DNA of 64,000 bases from Octopus vulgaris (taxonomy: Eukaryota). The number at the start of each line of letters is the position of its first letter. The first letter of the stretch is position 1. The position numbers and the translations under genes are program-made. A model generated the notes under the pieces. It did not search any database. It saw nothing but the letters and a program-made list of their open reading frames with translations, and was not told the DNA's origin. The stretch covers positions 113,646,001 through 113,710,000 of the forward strand of contig OX597818.1 of the NCBI GenBank assembly GCA_951406725.2, read 5' to 3'. Positions 11,201-23,500 of the stretch are shown here, in pieces.

Positions 11201-14200
11201 TCTCTCTTGTCCAAATTTTCTTCCAGTGCTTTTCATCTCCAAAAATTTTCTAAGCTGAGTCATGCTCAACTCTTGTTATAATAAATATTACAGAACTCAA
11301 TGAAGCACAAACAAATTTCAAATAATTCTAGGTTTTGCCCGTTCCCCTCCTATGCTGTATCTCATTTATCAAATTTCTGTCAGGCGAAAAGCTCTAATTA
11401 AACCATAATACTTACCAAGTGTGTCTATGATAGTGGAAATCAACCCAACGCATACAAGCTCCACATTGTCATCAGCAGTTATCTTCAGTTCTTCAATAGG
11501 AGGAAGATCCTTTAAAGTAAAAAGTATGTAAGTGATACAGACCCTATATACCAAAAATCTGAACCCTACTCATGGCTACATTCATCATTTGTCATCTGTT
11601 TACCATGCTGGCATGGGTGGGACGGTTTGACAGGAGCTTGTAAGCCAGGGAGCTGCATCCGGTTCCAGTCATGTTTTGGCAAGGGTTTTACTTTACAGAG
11701 TGCCCTGGATACTTTTCACATGGTGCCAGCACATACCAACATTCAATATAACACAGTCAGTAATGCAGCAAACTGGCAGAATTGTTACCAAACTTAGGTA
11801 AAAGCTTAGCAGCATTTTGCCTGTCCTAACGTTCCGAGTTCAAATTTCGCCAAGGTCTACTTTGCTGTTTGTTTCTACAGTTGGATATATTAGCAGTGAA
11901 AATAGTGGGGAGATTCTTTAGCATTTAAGCCAGCCTTAAATGGTCCAGGAATTCTATTGGTTTTATGTTCAAACTGACCAGATCTACTCTTTCACATCTA
12001 CCCTACAATGTCCTTCTAAATATAAACTATCACATTTTTGAAATCCTGAAGTTATGAGATAATGAAGGATTAATTCAAAATAATGTGAATACAGGAGGAA
12101 GAAGTGTGACTGCAATAGTCTACAAGATCTCCAAGATTGTGAGGAAAGCAAAGGCAACCAGACTGGAGGTCTGTTCCATACACTCTTGCAAAGGAGTGGT
12201 CTGCTACAAGCACCAAGTGTCAAATGGTACAAGTAAAAAGCCAAGCAACTGATTAAGTCTGATACCAATTTCTATACCAAATGAATGTGTAGAATGACAA
12301 GCAAATGACACCCATAGCACCACTTTGGTTAATAGCTTAGGAGTGAAACCTGAGAAAGGAAGCTGTACAAAAGCCTCTTCTACGTAAACAAGTATCATCA
12401 TCATCGTTTAACGTCTGTTTTCCATGCTAGCATGAGTTGGACGGTTCGACCGGGGTCTGGGAAGCCAGGAGACTGCACCAGGCTTCAGTTGATCTGGCAG
12501 TGTTTCTACAGCTGGATGCCCTTCCTAATGCCAACCACTCCATGAGTGTAGTGGGTGCTTTTTACGTGCCACCAGCACAGGTGCCAGGGGAGGCTGGCAA
12601 CGGCCATGATCGGTTGGTGCTTTTTATGTGCCACCGGCATGGAAGCCAGTCAAGGCAGCGCTGGCATCGGCCATGTTCAGATGGTGCCTTTTACGTGCCA
12701 CCAGCACAGGTATAAATACAGATATATACTAGAGGTATGGTGTATATCTACACCAGATTATCTTTTGCTGATGTCTTTTGTGGAGGAGAAAGCCAATGTC
12801 ATCATCATTTGACTTCCATGTTCCATGCTAGTCTGGGTGGGATAGTACCACAAGAGCTGGCCAGGCCAAAGCCTGCACCAGACTTCTGTAACTGTTTTGG
12901 CAAGATTTTTACAGCTGGACGCCCTTCCTAACACTAACCACTCAGCAGAGGGACTTAGTGTGTTTTATGTGACACACGCACAGATGAGATGAGTTGTGCT
13001 TTTTACACAGCACTTTTTTTAATGTGTTTAAAACAAAAATCCTTATGGTATTTATTCCACCCTGTGATGCACAGGCATCTTTTATCAACCAATGATTGAC
13101 TAAGAAATCTATAACCAAGTTCACAAAAATCCATCCTGTAGTTGCAGGCATGGCTGCGGGTTTAAGAAGTTCATTTTGCAACCACATGCACCTTGGGCAG
13201 TTGTGTCTTCTATCATAGCCCCAGGTTGACCAATGCCTTGTGAGAGAATTCAGCAGACAGAAAGTGTGTGGAAGTTGTCGTGTGTCACCATTTTAATGTT
13301 CACTTTTTCATGCTTGCACAGGATGGACAGAGTTTACTGAGGCAGAATTTCCGTGTCCATCTTACTGCTGACCCTCACTGGTTTCCAAGCAAATATAAAC
13401 TCCATAACCAGACCAAGTTCATACAGAATATTGGAAATGAAAGAGGAAGCTTGTATAACAGTGTCAATCATGTAACGTATATACAACGGGCTTCTTTCAG
13501 TTTCTGTCTACTAAATCCAGTCAGAAGGCTTTAGTCACTTGCTCAAGGTGTCATGCAGTGGGACTGAACCCAGAACTATGTGGCTGAAAAGCAAACTTAC
13601 CACACAACCACGCCTGCACCTATCATCATCATTTAACGTCCACTTTCCATGCCGGCATGGGTTAGACAGTTTGAGTGACAAGCTGGGGAGCTGCACCAGG
13701 TTCCAGTCTGATTTGGTATGGTTTCAACAGCTGAGTGTCCTTCCTAATGCCAACCACTCCAAGAGTGTAATGGGTGGTTTTCTTACATGCCACCAGCACA
13801 GGTGTCATTCACATAACACTGGCAACGACCACAACTACGATTTCACTGGTGATGTCTGTCTGTAAGTTTGTGTTCCCACCACTACACAAATTGGTTTTTG
13901 TACATCCCCATAATTTAGTGATTCAGCAAAAAAGACTGGTAGAACAAACACCATCATCATCATCGTTTAACGTCTGCTTTCCATGCTGGCATGGGTTGGA
14001 CAGTTTGACTGAGGACTGGCAAGCCAAGAGGCTGTACCAGGCTCAAATCTGATCTGGCAAGATTTCTACAGCTGGATGCCCTTCCTAACTTAAAGGTCCT
14101 GGGTTTGATTTGTTCAACTAAACTGTTCAAGGTGGTGCCCCAGCATGGCTGCAGTCTAAAACAAGTAAAAGTAAAAGAAATTTTGAAATAAATATTTCTA

Positions 14201-16719
14201 GACGAGTCTTACCTCAATACTTAATTCTCCTTTCACTTTAGGCTTTTCAATAGTTTTCTTCTCCCTAAAATGTCAAAGAACAAAATTTTTAAACCATGGT
14301 GAAAATTTCAATTAAACTAGAATTTCAGGAGATAGAATTTCCTACACAAACTTAATAAGACAACTGAGCAAACTTTAACCCTTTTGATACCAACCCTGGG
14401 GAAACCAGCTCTGGCTCTGAGTACAAATGTGTTGTTTTCATAAGTTCTGAATTAAAATCTGCCACCAAACCTTAGTTTCAATCTATGTTCCTAACATGAT
14501 GATGACTAAGTAATTTTACATAATTCTTTGGTATATTTAAAATTAATTGAAGGAAACAGAGCATCTTTAAAGAAATACAACAACAAAAGGGTTAAACAAC
14601 AGATTTTCTTTATACATAAAAATCTTTTCTATCAAAGGTACAAAGCCTGAAATTCAGGTGGGGAAACAAGCCTAGTACTCAACTAGCATTTATTTTATCA
14701 ACCCCGAAAGGATGAGAAGTAAAGTTGACTTTGTTGGAATTTGAACTCAGAATGTAAATTGAGAATAAACGCTGTTAGGCATTTTGTCCAGGAGGAAGGA
14801 AGAGTGGAAGGCCTCAAACCGGAGACTGTGCCTAAATGCTTCAACAAGACCCCTTCAACAAAGTCACCCAATGTGACATGTGGTGGGTTAAGTGAACCAT
14901 CCAAGAAACCCATGGTAGGATTTGAACTCAGTTTGTAGAATTGAATGAACACTACACAGCCTTCATCCTGACGTTCTTAGTTCCACCAATCCACTGCCCC
15001 TATTCATTTTTTTTTATTAACTCCAAAAAGATAAAAAGCAAAGTTAGCCTCAATAGGATTTGAACTTGAAGTGCAGAGAATCAGAAATGCTGCAAAGTAT
15101 TCTGTCTGCTACTCTAATGACTCTGCCAACTTACCTCGTTGGAACAAAAGAGGTCAGTAGCAATCCTAGGATGGACACAGCTGAAGTATTTGTGTCCAGG
15201 CAAATGAAAGACAAGTAATGAAGAGCACTTCCCAACAACCACAGTGCAACCTGCAACCTTTTGTAGCTGAGGGACCCTTTCACAGGAGAGTCTTTTCACA
15301 AATGCAACTTAACCCAATATTTCACAAAGAAAAACAAAATCCGAAGATCATTTTAATGAAATAGAGGTGGTCCTGCAGGGTTTTATTTTACATGGTAATA
15401 TAATCTTAGATACTTTTTTAATAAAAAACAAACATTCGTATATACATTATACATGTATGTGTGCGTGTTCGGTTATATTGAAATCGTTCATCTGAAGGCT
15501 TACACCATACTTTTGTAGAGTTTTAAATTCATCATTCTTTAACAAGAATAGTGATGACAGAGATTTTATGAGGAAGGGAAGAACAGAGAGAGGAAGATAT
15601 ATTCAAACTACAGATCTAACTCAAATACTTGCAATAGAATGGACTCCCCTAAAGGTGCCTCCAAAACCAGACGATAGTGTTAAACCAGTACAGATACATT
15701 TTACACAAATAGTTTTCTGAAAAAAATATGGCCTTCTTCAACGCCTATGACTTTTTTCCTGGTTTTAGTACGGGTATGAAGCTTATCGAAGACCTGGGTA
15801 CCTCGTTATGCAAATGGATACCTACGGGGTGTGATCTTGGAAATAAAGAAAGAAGACATCAAATCGTATAAGATCTTATTGAATATAAACCAGGCCATCA
15901 AGTTCTCTTATTATTATTTTGTAACAGTTACAGACACATAAGGACAAATACTGGTAATAAACTATAAAGTTTATAGATTAACAGTAAAGTAAATATTAAT
16001 TGCATGTCTCTAATTTACGGAGAAAAACGCGGCAAATGGAAGATTTTAAAAAAACTGGAATATTTTACATACAAACTTGAAAATTAAATCAATTAATCTA
16101 CTTACTCTGGGCATTTTTCCGTCACATTTGGTTTCGTTGGTTCCTCCTCGTCGCTTGACGATGAAGAACTAAGAGATGAAGAGGAATCGCTCTCACTGTC
16201 CGAAGTCAATTCGTCATCAACATTACTGGAGCGATAAATTGTGTGATTGGAATCTAAATGAAGGTCAGCGTTAGCTGCATTCTGCTCTGACGTCTCACAT
16301 TTCTTCTCTGCACCCATGGAAACCGGGTTGTCAGTCTTCGAATGGTCAACTTCGTTAGTAGCATTGCTGATAATTCCCTGTTCCTTACCAACATTAAGAG
16401 TATTCTCTTCATTAACAACATGTTCAACAGTATTTTCTTCGTCAGCAACACTTGCTGCAACAGATTCTTCGTTAACAACTACGGGAATCTTCTTCTTGTT
16501 ATCAACATCTTTGTTGGATAAAGGTGTGACAGAGACTTCGTTAACACCGTCGTTTCTCGGATTATCATTACTCTCATTTGCCGTTGTATCATCATCTTCC
16601 AAGCCATAATTTTCTCCGGTGTTACTTGGTACATCCATCGTTGATTCCGCATTAGTATCTCTAACTTCTGTTAATATAACATCTTTAAAAGTAGATTCTG
16701 TCGGATCGTTTACATCCAT
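1354..16719 (-). CDS. NAF1: NAF1, H/ACA ribonucleoprotein complex non-core subunit (whole gene span, 9 coding exons, 728 aa)
   Basis: Join of 16106-16719, 14213-14264, 11416-11509, 9953-10038, 8520-8680, 7073-7124, 5130-5281, 3397-3449, 1354-2276. All introns are GT-AG and the phases close into one 2187-nt ORF. The Gar1/Naf1 domain is recognisable: DLPPIEEL...VFEIFGPVRNPLYSVRF...KGSDASWEHDLEPP..FLDYSDDEQE (human NAF1 has ELPSVEEL...IFEIFGPV.HPFY.LRF...KGSDASWKNDQEPP...DFSDDE). Confidence 0.95.
3397..3449 (-). CDS. NAF1: NAF1 exon 8 (basic 53-nt exon)
   Basis: ttttgcag|A AAT AAA TCT...AAA TCT G|gtacaa, encoding NKSPVTQKNSRNYKKKS. It supplies exactly the phase 2->1 shift needed to join exon 7 to the long last ORF. 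Confidence 0.78.
3511..4022 (+). mobile_element. Tandem tRNA-derived SINEs (CORE-like CCTTGGGCAAGT body), representative
   Basis: Head GGCTGTGTGGTAAG...GGTTCAGTCCC; 3' module CCAGCATGGCCGCAGTCAAATGACTGAAAC. Many copies, e.g. 40200-40565(-), 41280-41725(-), 43232-43565(-), 53062-53460, 55065-55360(-), 58195-58345(-). Confidence 0.85.
5130..5281 (-). CDS. NAF1: NAF1 exon 7
   Basis: FLDYSDDEQERLMKKNKKK...NNPFYL; DYSDDE motif; phase 0 in, phase 2 out. Confidence 0.92.
7073..7124 (-). CDS. NAF1: NAF1 exon 6
   Basis: QKGSDASWEHDLEPPEK, the hallmark KGSDASW motif. Confidence 0.95.
7255..7720 (+). mobile_element. RTE 3'-end repeat with a 66-bp tandem array (representative of about 20 copies)
   Basis: GGAGTGGTTGGCATTAGGAAGGGCATCCAGCTGTAGAAAC...GGACGTTAAACGATGATGATG. 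Other copies include 890-1138, 2958-3173, 5528-5900, 12395-12710(-), 21210-21810(-), 26190-26410(-), 34700-35490(-), 35535-35880, 44037-44557, 45095-45606. Confidence 0.85.
8520..8680 (-). CDS. NAF1: NAF1 exon 5 (Gar1/Naf1 core)
   Basis: VFEIFGPVRNPLYSVRFNTTQDIEEKGLKVGTEIYYAPKEIKYTNYVFVQDLM; not in the ORF track, read manually. Confidence 0.95.
9953..10038 (-). CDS. NAF1: NAF1 exon 4
   Basis: VVIQSLDSETSPLNDDSILFLEDRTSLGQ, ttccag / gtagga borders. Confidence 0.93.
10969..11188. mobile_element. TTAA-flanked piggyBac-like MITE family A
   Basis: CCCTTT...AAAGGG ends; TTAA on the right and TAAA on the left; closely similar copies at 14379-14591, 20512-20733, 49215-49420. Confidence 0.8.
11416..11509 (-). 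CDS. NAF1: NAF1 exon 3
   Basis: DLPPIEELKITADDNVELVCVGLISTIIDTL, AG/GTAAGT borders. Confidence 0.93.
14213..14264 (-). CDS. NAF1: NAF1 exon 2
   Basis: ttttag|G GAG AAG...ATT GAG|gtaaga; encodes EKKTIEKPKVKGELSIE. Confidence 0.88.
14379..14591. mobile_element. piggyBac-like MITE family A copy
   Basis: TTAA-CCCTTTTG...CAAAAGGG-TTAA. Confidence 0.8.
16106..16719 (-). CDS. NAF1: NAF1 exon 1 (acidic/Ser-rich N-terminus)
   Basis: 205-aa ORF MDVNDPTES...SSSSSSDEEE, typical of the NAF1 N-terminus; donor GA|gtaagt, phase 2. Confidence 0.9.
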
Positions 16720-17205
16720 GTTGGGAAAACGCTAACAAAGACTTTTTTAATCAACAAGAGACTTTACAAAGTTAAGAAATATCCATGTGAACCACTAAAC
16801 ACTTGCTTCTCTTTTTCAAGGTAGCAGAATCGTACAAAAATAAGTTTAATTTGAATTTTGTTTATCAAACGTGTCGGTTAAAAATCAAACAAGTATGTCG
16901 TTTCTTAACGTTTTTTTTTTCTTTTTAGCTATCCGGATATATTTCAAAACTGCAATTAAATTTACCTTTTAAGCAGTGATCTTAGAGAGCAGGATAGTAT
17001 AATTACAGAACCATTCCGGGACCCAACGAAACATACGACACGTGCTTCCTCGCGGGGGAATCAATTCCAGTGATAAGGGGGAATAACTCTAATGTTATAT
17101 AATTAACGCATGCGCACTATCCTTTTGACCCCCGCATGGTGACTCTGTGAGGAGATTGTATATTAGCAATAGGGTTTAAGGTCGTCAACGGAATTCTTTA
17201 GGAAA
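16720..17205. promoter_or_regulatory. Bidirectional promoter between NAF1 and TIMM23
   Basis: Divergent ATGs separated by 486 bp; repeat-free and CpG-retaining; E-box CACGTG at 17039-17044; NRF1-like CGCATGCGCA at 17107-17116. Confidence 0.8.
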
Positions 17206-17287
17206 ATGGACAGCGGTGGAGATCCTTCGTCGAAAAGAGCATTCTTCAATCCATATTCCAGTTCTGATCCAACTATGGCAGCTGGAG
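17206..17287 (+). CDS. TIMM23: TIMM23 exon 1
   Basis: aaaATGG start; MDSGGDPSSKRAFFNPYSSSDPTMAAG; G|gtattt donor. Confidence 0.85.
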
Positions 17288-17553
17288 GTATTTATGATTT
17301 ATTATATTCTCTGTTAAACCAATTAGTTACTGTCACGTACTTGATAACTTGACCTTTAATTACTGGAACAATTCTCATAATCGATTATACAAGCGATTTT
17401 CTGTTTTACCTATGAATTTAAATATAACAAATAATGTGACAGAGACACCTAATTTACAAACTTTGCAGTTCTAATTCAACATATTTTAAAAATCGCCTTT
17501 CTATTGGTAATCTATTATGTGTTGTCTGTAGATTAATCGCTTTGTACATTGTG

Positions 17554-17585
<32 letters not shown>

Positions 17586-20500
17586 GAAAGAAAAAGGTGT
17601 TCAGAATGCTGGATGGTTGTAACGATATATATTTATTTACATATCACAATATGAAAAAAATAATATGTGATATGTAAATAAATATATATTTTTACAACCA
17701 TCCAGCATTCTGAACACCTTTTTCTTTCATATGTATTAAATCTGTACATCACCCCCAATACGTCTAACATATATATATATATATACACTCATACAAACAC
17801 ACACACACACATGTTCGGTTGATGTTGTTTTTAATTCTCGAATGTCTTCTGGTTATTAATTTTGTCTGCAATAACAGAGAAACATCCGTTTGTTCGTGCG
17901 CAATATGAGTGTGTGCGAGTTGGTATTAATAACCAAAGTGCTTCTATTATTAAATTAAAGATCTTAGAAGTCATTAACTATGCTCTCAGAGTCTACCTTT
18001 TAGTCAATATTTTGAATAAATAGCTTCATTTGTATGATTTGCTCATATCAAACTGTCCAAAGAATTCCGTTTCCTTGATATGGACGTTGAGCTTGTTGAA
18101 CCATTCTCAGTCTGTCGCTACAGTGATTTCGGTTAACGCCTTTATTCAGCTAGTATGTTACATCATCAAGTTGGGAACCTTTGCTAATTCTATGTATTAA
18201 GTTATGTTTGAATTATACTTCAGTCAAATGTGTACAATCTTACTTATAACTTCCATTTCCTTTCCAGTTTCGGCCGGGGGCATGGGTAGTGTAATGTCAC
18301 CGTACCTAAATTTCGATCCAGCGTACATTGGAGCAGTAAGTTTTGTTATTTGTTTTATTTTGTTCTACAGTATTTTTTTTTCCATAGTAGTTCAAGTGTT
18401 GTGATGATCGACTTTACTTTTCCCTTTCCCGAGATCGATAAGTACAAATCAATTACTACTGATGACTATTTAATCAACTATTTGCTTTTTAGTTGTTATT
18501 CCAGTGTCCGGTTCCGATACTTTATGATATTTAGTTACATCCGTTTTCGTGCCGTTTTTAAATCCTGCGGCATTTTCTTCGTTGGTACCTGTCAGTTATT
18601 GACATTTAAACCAACAGCTCCTCCAAAAATACACAGCCTTGTATTAGAAATCATTTCATTCGATATCTATTCCATGTTTTCTTATTTTCTCATATGTTTT
18701 ATTATTTAATTGCTTCAAACCAGTCAGTATTTTCTACTATTATTGTCGGAAAGTAATTATTTCACACACTAACCATACATCATTTATGGTAACTTCTAAT
18801 GCAGGGTGTCTTTTCTCGTATAACTTAAATCTGACCTCGAATGACCTGAGAAAGTATTTGGGTATTGGAATCGATAGCCAGAGACAATGTTGCATTTGAA
18901 CTCGATAAGGGAAGTGAAAGTACCATGAATAGGTAGTGGATGATCATTAACCAAGTAATTAGAATATTCCTTCCCTTTTTATAATCATAAAGAATATTGT
19001 CTATTACTTTAAATTAATTTCGAAAATAATCAAAAATTTGATAGGTCTTTTATTTATTTATTGCCCACAAGGGGCTAAACAGAGAGGGGACAAACAAGGA
19101 CAGACAAACGGATTAAGTCGATTATATCGACCCCAGTGTGTAACTGGTATTTAATTTATCGACCCCCAAAAGGATGAAAGGCAAAGTCAACCTCGGCGGA
19201 ATTTGAACTCAGAATGTAACAGCAGACAAAATACCACTAAGCATTTCGCCTGGCGTGCTAACGATTGTGTCATACAAATAGGATTTCTTGGCAGTTTTCT
19301 GCCATTGACATTATATCCCAATCTTCATAATCTTCAAGGACAACTAAAAAGAATTTGATTCTGTTAGTCCCAGCAATGATGACAATTATAAGAAACCAAG
19401 GTTTTACGATACAGCTGCCAGAATGCTACAGCTTTTATCATTATACACAAATTTCTGCTAAGAATGAGTAAAAGACCGCGCGATTCTGTTTCGTTAAGAC
19501 TACCTAAAAGATGTTCACAACATACTTAGCAGTGATTTTAAAAAACTCCACTTCAGGACAAAATAGAATGAAAATGTGAGATGCAAATTTCGTAATATAT
19601 CCTGGGTTCTCATATTAAGAGATCCAACCAAACTTCAAACTATGTCAGAACAACTAAACACAGAAATTATTGTAGTAGGACGAAGAATGAATGTTAAAAA
19701 ACAATATTCAACAAAAAATCAGTGAATTCCATCAGACCCATGCATGAAAAAGTGGACATTAACATGTTGATAGACACAGGCAGGGTCAAGAAGTTTTGCT
19801 TCATAGCCTCAATTTAGTATTTATTGTACCTGTGCACTTGACACACGCAAACCTTTTTTTCTAGTTAACCGTCCTCTGATATTACTGCACCTCTTATGCG
19901 TCCATAGCTTGTACTGGGTTCATCTTATGGAATTTCTACCTATCCTTTTTCTACAGGTCAAGCAGGGCCATCTACCTGAAGGCATTTGTGATTTGTCTGC
20001 TTTCCAACTTACTAAGACTTTGGTTTTTGCTAGATTAACTCTAAGGCCCTTTGATTTTAGACCGTGTTTCTACACCTGAAATTTCTTCTCTAGTTCTGAT
20101 AGTGGTTTAAGCCATAAGAACAAGGTCATCAGCATAGAAGAGCAATCAAGGGCAGCCTGTCTTAAATTCCTTTGTTATTACCTGGAGGATTATGATGAAC
20201 AGAAGGGGGCTGATAACTGATGAACAGGAGGGGGTCTGAGGACTGATGATCAGGAGGGGGGGGTCTGAGGACTGATGAATAAGAGGGAGCTGGGTATATT
20301 AACCCTTTAGCATTCAGATTCTTCTGTCAAATGTGATGCTTATTTATTCACATTGTTTTGAATTAAACTTGCATTATCTTGCAGCCTTGAGATTTTGCTG
20401 ATGTGTTCATTTGTATTTAGAAAGAAATTGTTGGGTAGGTTTGAAAGGCCGGATCTGGCCAGTTCAAAATTAAAACATGTAGAACATTTTAGCTAGATAT

Positions 20501-23500
20501 GGCTGGTTTAACCCTTTTGTTACCATATTTCTCCTGAGTTGTTCTGTGTTTCTTTCAATTGATTTTAAATATACCAAAGAATTTAGTAAAATAACTTAGT
20601 TATCATTAAGCTGGTGTTAGGAACATAAATTGTGACTAAGGTTTGGTGGAAGATTTTAATTCAAAACTTATGAAAACAAGACATTTGTACTACAGAGCCA
20701 GAGGCAGTTTCAGGCAGGTTGGTAGCAAAAGGGTTAAATGCTTAAAGACCAATTACTTGCTGGAAGCTGTAAAAGAATGGTAATCCTTATATTTTTATTA
20801 TCTCCTCAAATTTCATAAATATCCTCCATTTCTACCACTGCCATTGTCTTGAATCCTTTCTGTTTGTCTCATTTTGCAGGACAGTGGATCAGACTTCATT
20901 TTCCCAGAAGGTGCAAGTCGACAACGTGGTAGACTTGAACTAGCTTTCTCTCAGATTGGAGGTTCTGTATTTGCAGGTAAAGTTCTTGTTCAGAAATCTT
21001 AGGCACGATTGGTTACAAAATGGACTTCACAACCACATGGTTTCTGTTTTGATCCTATTCTATTGCAATTTGGGTGTCTTCTCCTAAAGCCCTGCGACAA
21101 CAAATACCTTGGGAGAGAAATTCAGCAACTGGAAATCGTGCGAATGTGCATCATGTTTGTTTTCTTATTGTCACCATTTGAGCAAAAATAGTGATTGCTT
21201 ATGTCTCCTATCGTTGTCCATGCTGGCAAGGTTGGACGGTTTGACCAGGGTTGGCAAGCTGAAAGACTGCACCAGACTCCAGTTTGATTTGGCATAGTTT
21301 CTATGGCTGGATGGCCCTTCCTAATGCCAACCACTCCGAGAGTGTAATGGGTGCTTTTATGTGCCACTGGTACAGGTACCATTTGCATGACACTGATATC
21401 TGCCATGACTGCGATTTTGCTGGGCTTGATGGGTTTTCTTCTCAAGCATGACATAATGCCAAAGGTCTCAATTATTGCCTCTGAAGGGCCCAACACTCAA
21501 AAAAAACTCAGCTACTTTGCCTCAGTGGAGCCCAACACCCAAAATGAACTTGCCTTCATGAGGCCCAACATTTGAACTGTACTCTTCATGCACCACTGGC
21601 ATAGGTGCCAGTTATATGACTCCAGCATCAGTCACAACTACGATTTCACTTGGTTTGAGGGGTTTTCACGAGCGCAGCATATTGCAAAGGTCTCGGTCGC
21701 TAGTCATTGCCTCAGTGAGGCCCAAAGTTCAAAGGTCATGCTTCACCACCTCATCCTATGTCTTCCTGGCTCTACCTCTACCACAGGTTCCCTCCACAGT
21801 TAGAGATCTGCACTTTTAGTACATCTCTTAGCTCTACTGTTTTCTCATTCAGGGATCTGAGGAATAAAAAAAAAAACAATTTCCTTGGCAACAGGAGAGA
21901 CATCCAGCTGTAGAAAAGTACATCAGTAAGTCTCATCCAACCCATGCCAGCATGGAAAAACTATTGGTACATGATTATAGGTATTTTTTACAGAACCAAA
22001 AACATGTGAGTTATATATCAACCACTTCATAGATGAAAGAGAGATCCTCCATCAGTCGTTAGGGAGCCTCTACACAGTTACTTAACCTGCGAGATACAGC
22101 ATCAAAGCCTTTCTCGAGTCATATCCTAGTATCTTTAAAACAATGGAAGGATGCATTTGATAATGTAGTTCTTGATAGAAAATGAAATGGATGTGGCTGG
22201 AATACCTTTGATCATAGGGAGTCAGTTATTTGGAATCCGATCCGGGTCTAACAACTAACCACTCCACTCTGATTTGGGTTCCCTCACACAATTGTCATTT
22301 GAGCAGAAAGAAGTAAACGAAGGATTGCATCACCAGTCTGGAATCCCTATTTTGCTCAGGATATTGACTTCTTGGAAACCATTCAGAGACTTGCAACCAA
22401 GTGAATACCCTCCATCAAGCATCCGTCATACTCTGAATGCCTTGCTTTCCTGGGCATAAATACATTGAAGCTCCAACGTCTGGCAACTGACTTGGTAAAC
22501 GCCCACAAAATTATTAACCAGTGCACCAACAACCACTTTGAGCACCTTTTTGAATTCCATGTGTCTAATACATGTGGGCATTACCTACAAAGTCAGAAAA
22601 CAGCACAGCTCCCATGACTTTTGGGAACATTTTTCCACACCCAGAGTTGCTGGAGTATGGAACAAACTGCCTGCATCAGTTGTTAGTTGCTAAGACATTG
22701 CATCCTTTAAAACCTTGCTTCCTGAAATTCCCCAACACTACACTTGATATCCCCACCTCCATACGCATGCACACATGTATATCATGACTCTTACACTGTT
22801 CACCTTCCTGGCTTTCGTACATAATTCTATTTACTGTACATGCACCTGAGCACTATACACAATAATTTCATTATCATTATTAATCATAATTTAGTGAGAT
22901 GAATTTGAACACTTTGGCCCTTTTGAACATAAAACATGTAGAATATTTGGGCTGGATAGGGTTATTTTAAATGCTAAAGGATTAAGGAACACATGGTAAT
23001 TAAAGTATGTAAATTTCTTTTGTTTTTTGTCTTAAACAGGAGCAGCTGTAGGAGGCTTAAATGGTTTATATTCAGGCTTCCGAGAAACAAGCACAGCCCA
23101 GTTGACAGGGGCTGTACGACGAACACAGTAAGTAATTTCAAATTAACATCAGTTAAAAAAAAAAACCAACATTCTAATAATCTCTTTTTTTTTTTTTCAC
23201 CGTTGCTCAGTTGTTGAGATGCTTGGCTTTTGTATGTTTAGAGCTTAAAACTTTAAACCACTTAAATTTTGTTTATTTTTAAGGTGTAACACACCACATG
23301 TACTCTTCTCTCTTTTATCTAAATTTTCCTGTTTTTCTTATAAACATCTCAGTGCTAATGACATGTAAAAAGCACCCAGTCCACTCTGCTGGGTCGTTGG
23401 CATTTGAAAGGGCATCCAGCTGTAAAAACGTTACCAAAATTGACCCGCCTGTGCTTGTGCCACATAAAAAGCACTCAGTCCACTTTGGTGGGTGGTTGAT

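Noticed and set aside
2277-16105. Intronic snoRNAs expected in an H/ACA-biogenesis host gene
   Set aside because: No convincing C/D or H/ACA box-plus-hairpin arrangement could be seen by eye; needs snoReport/Infernal.
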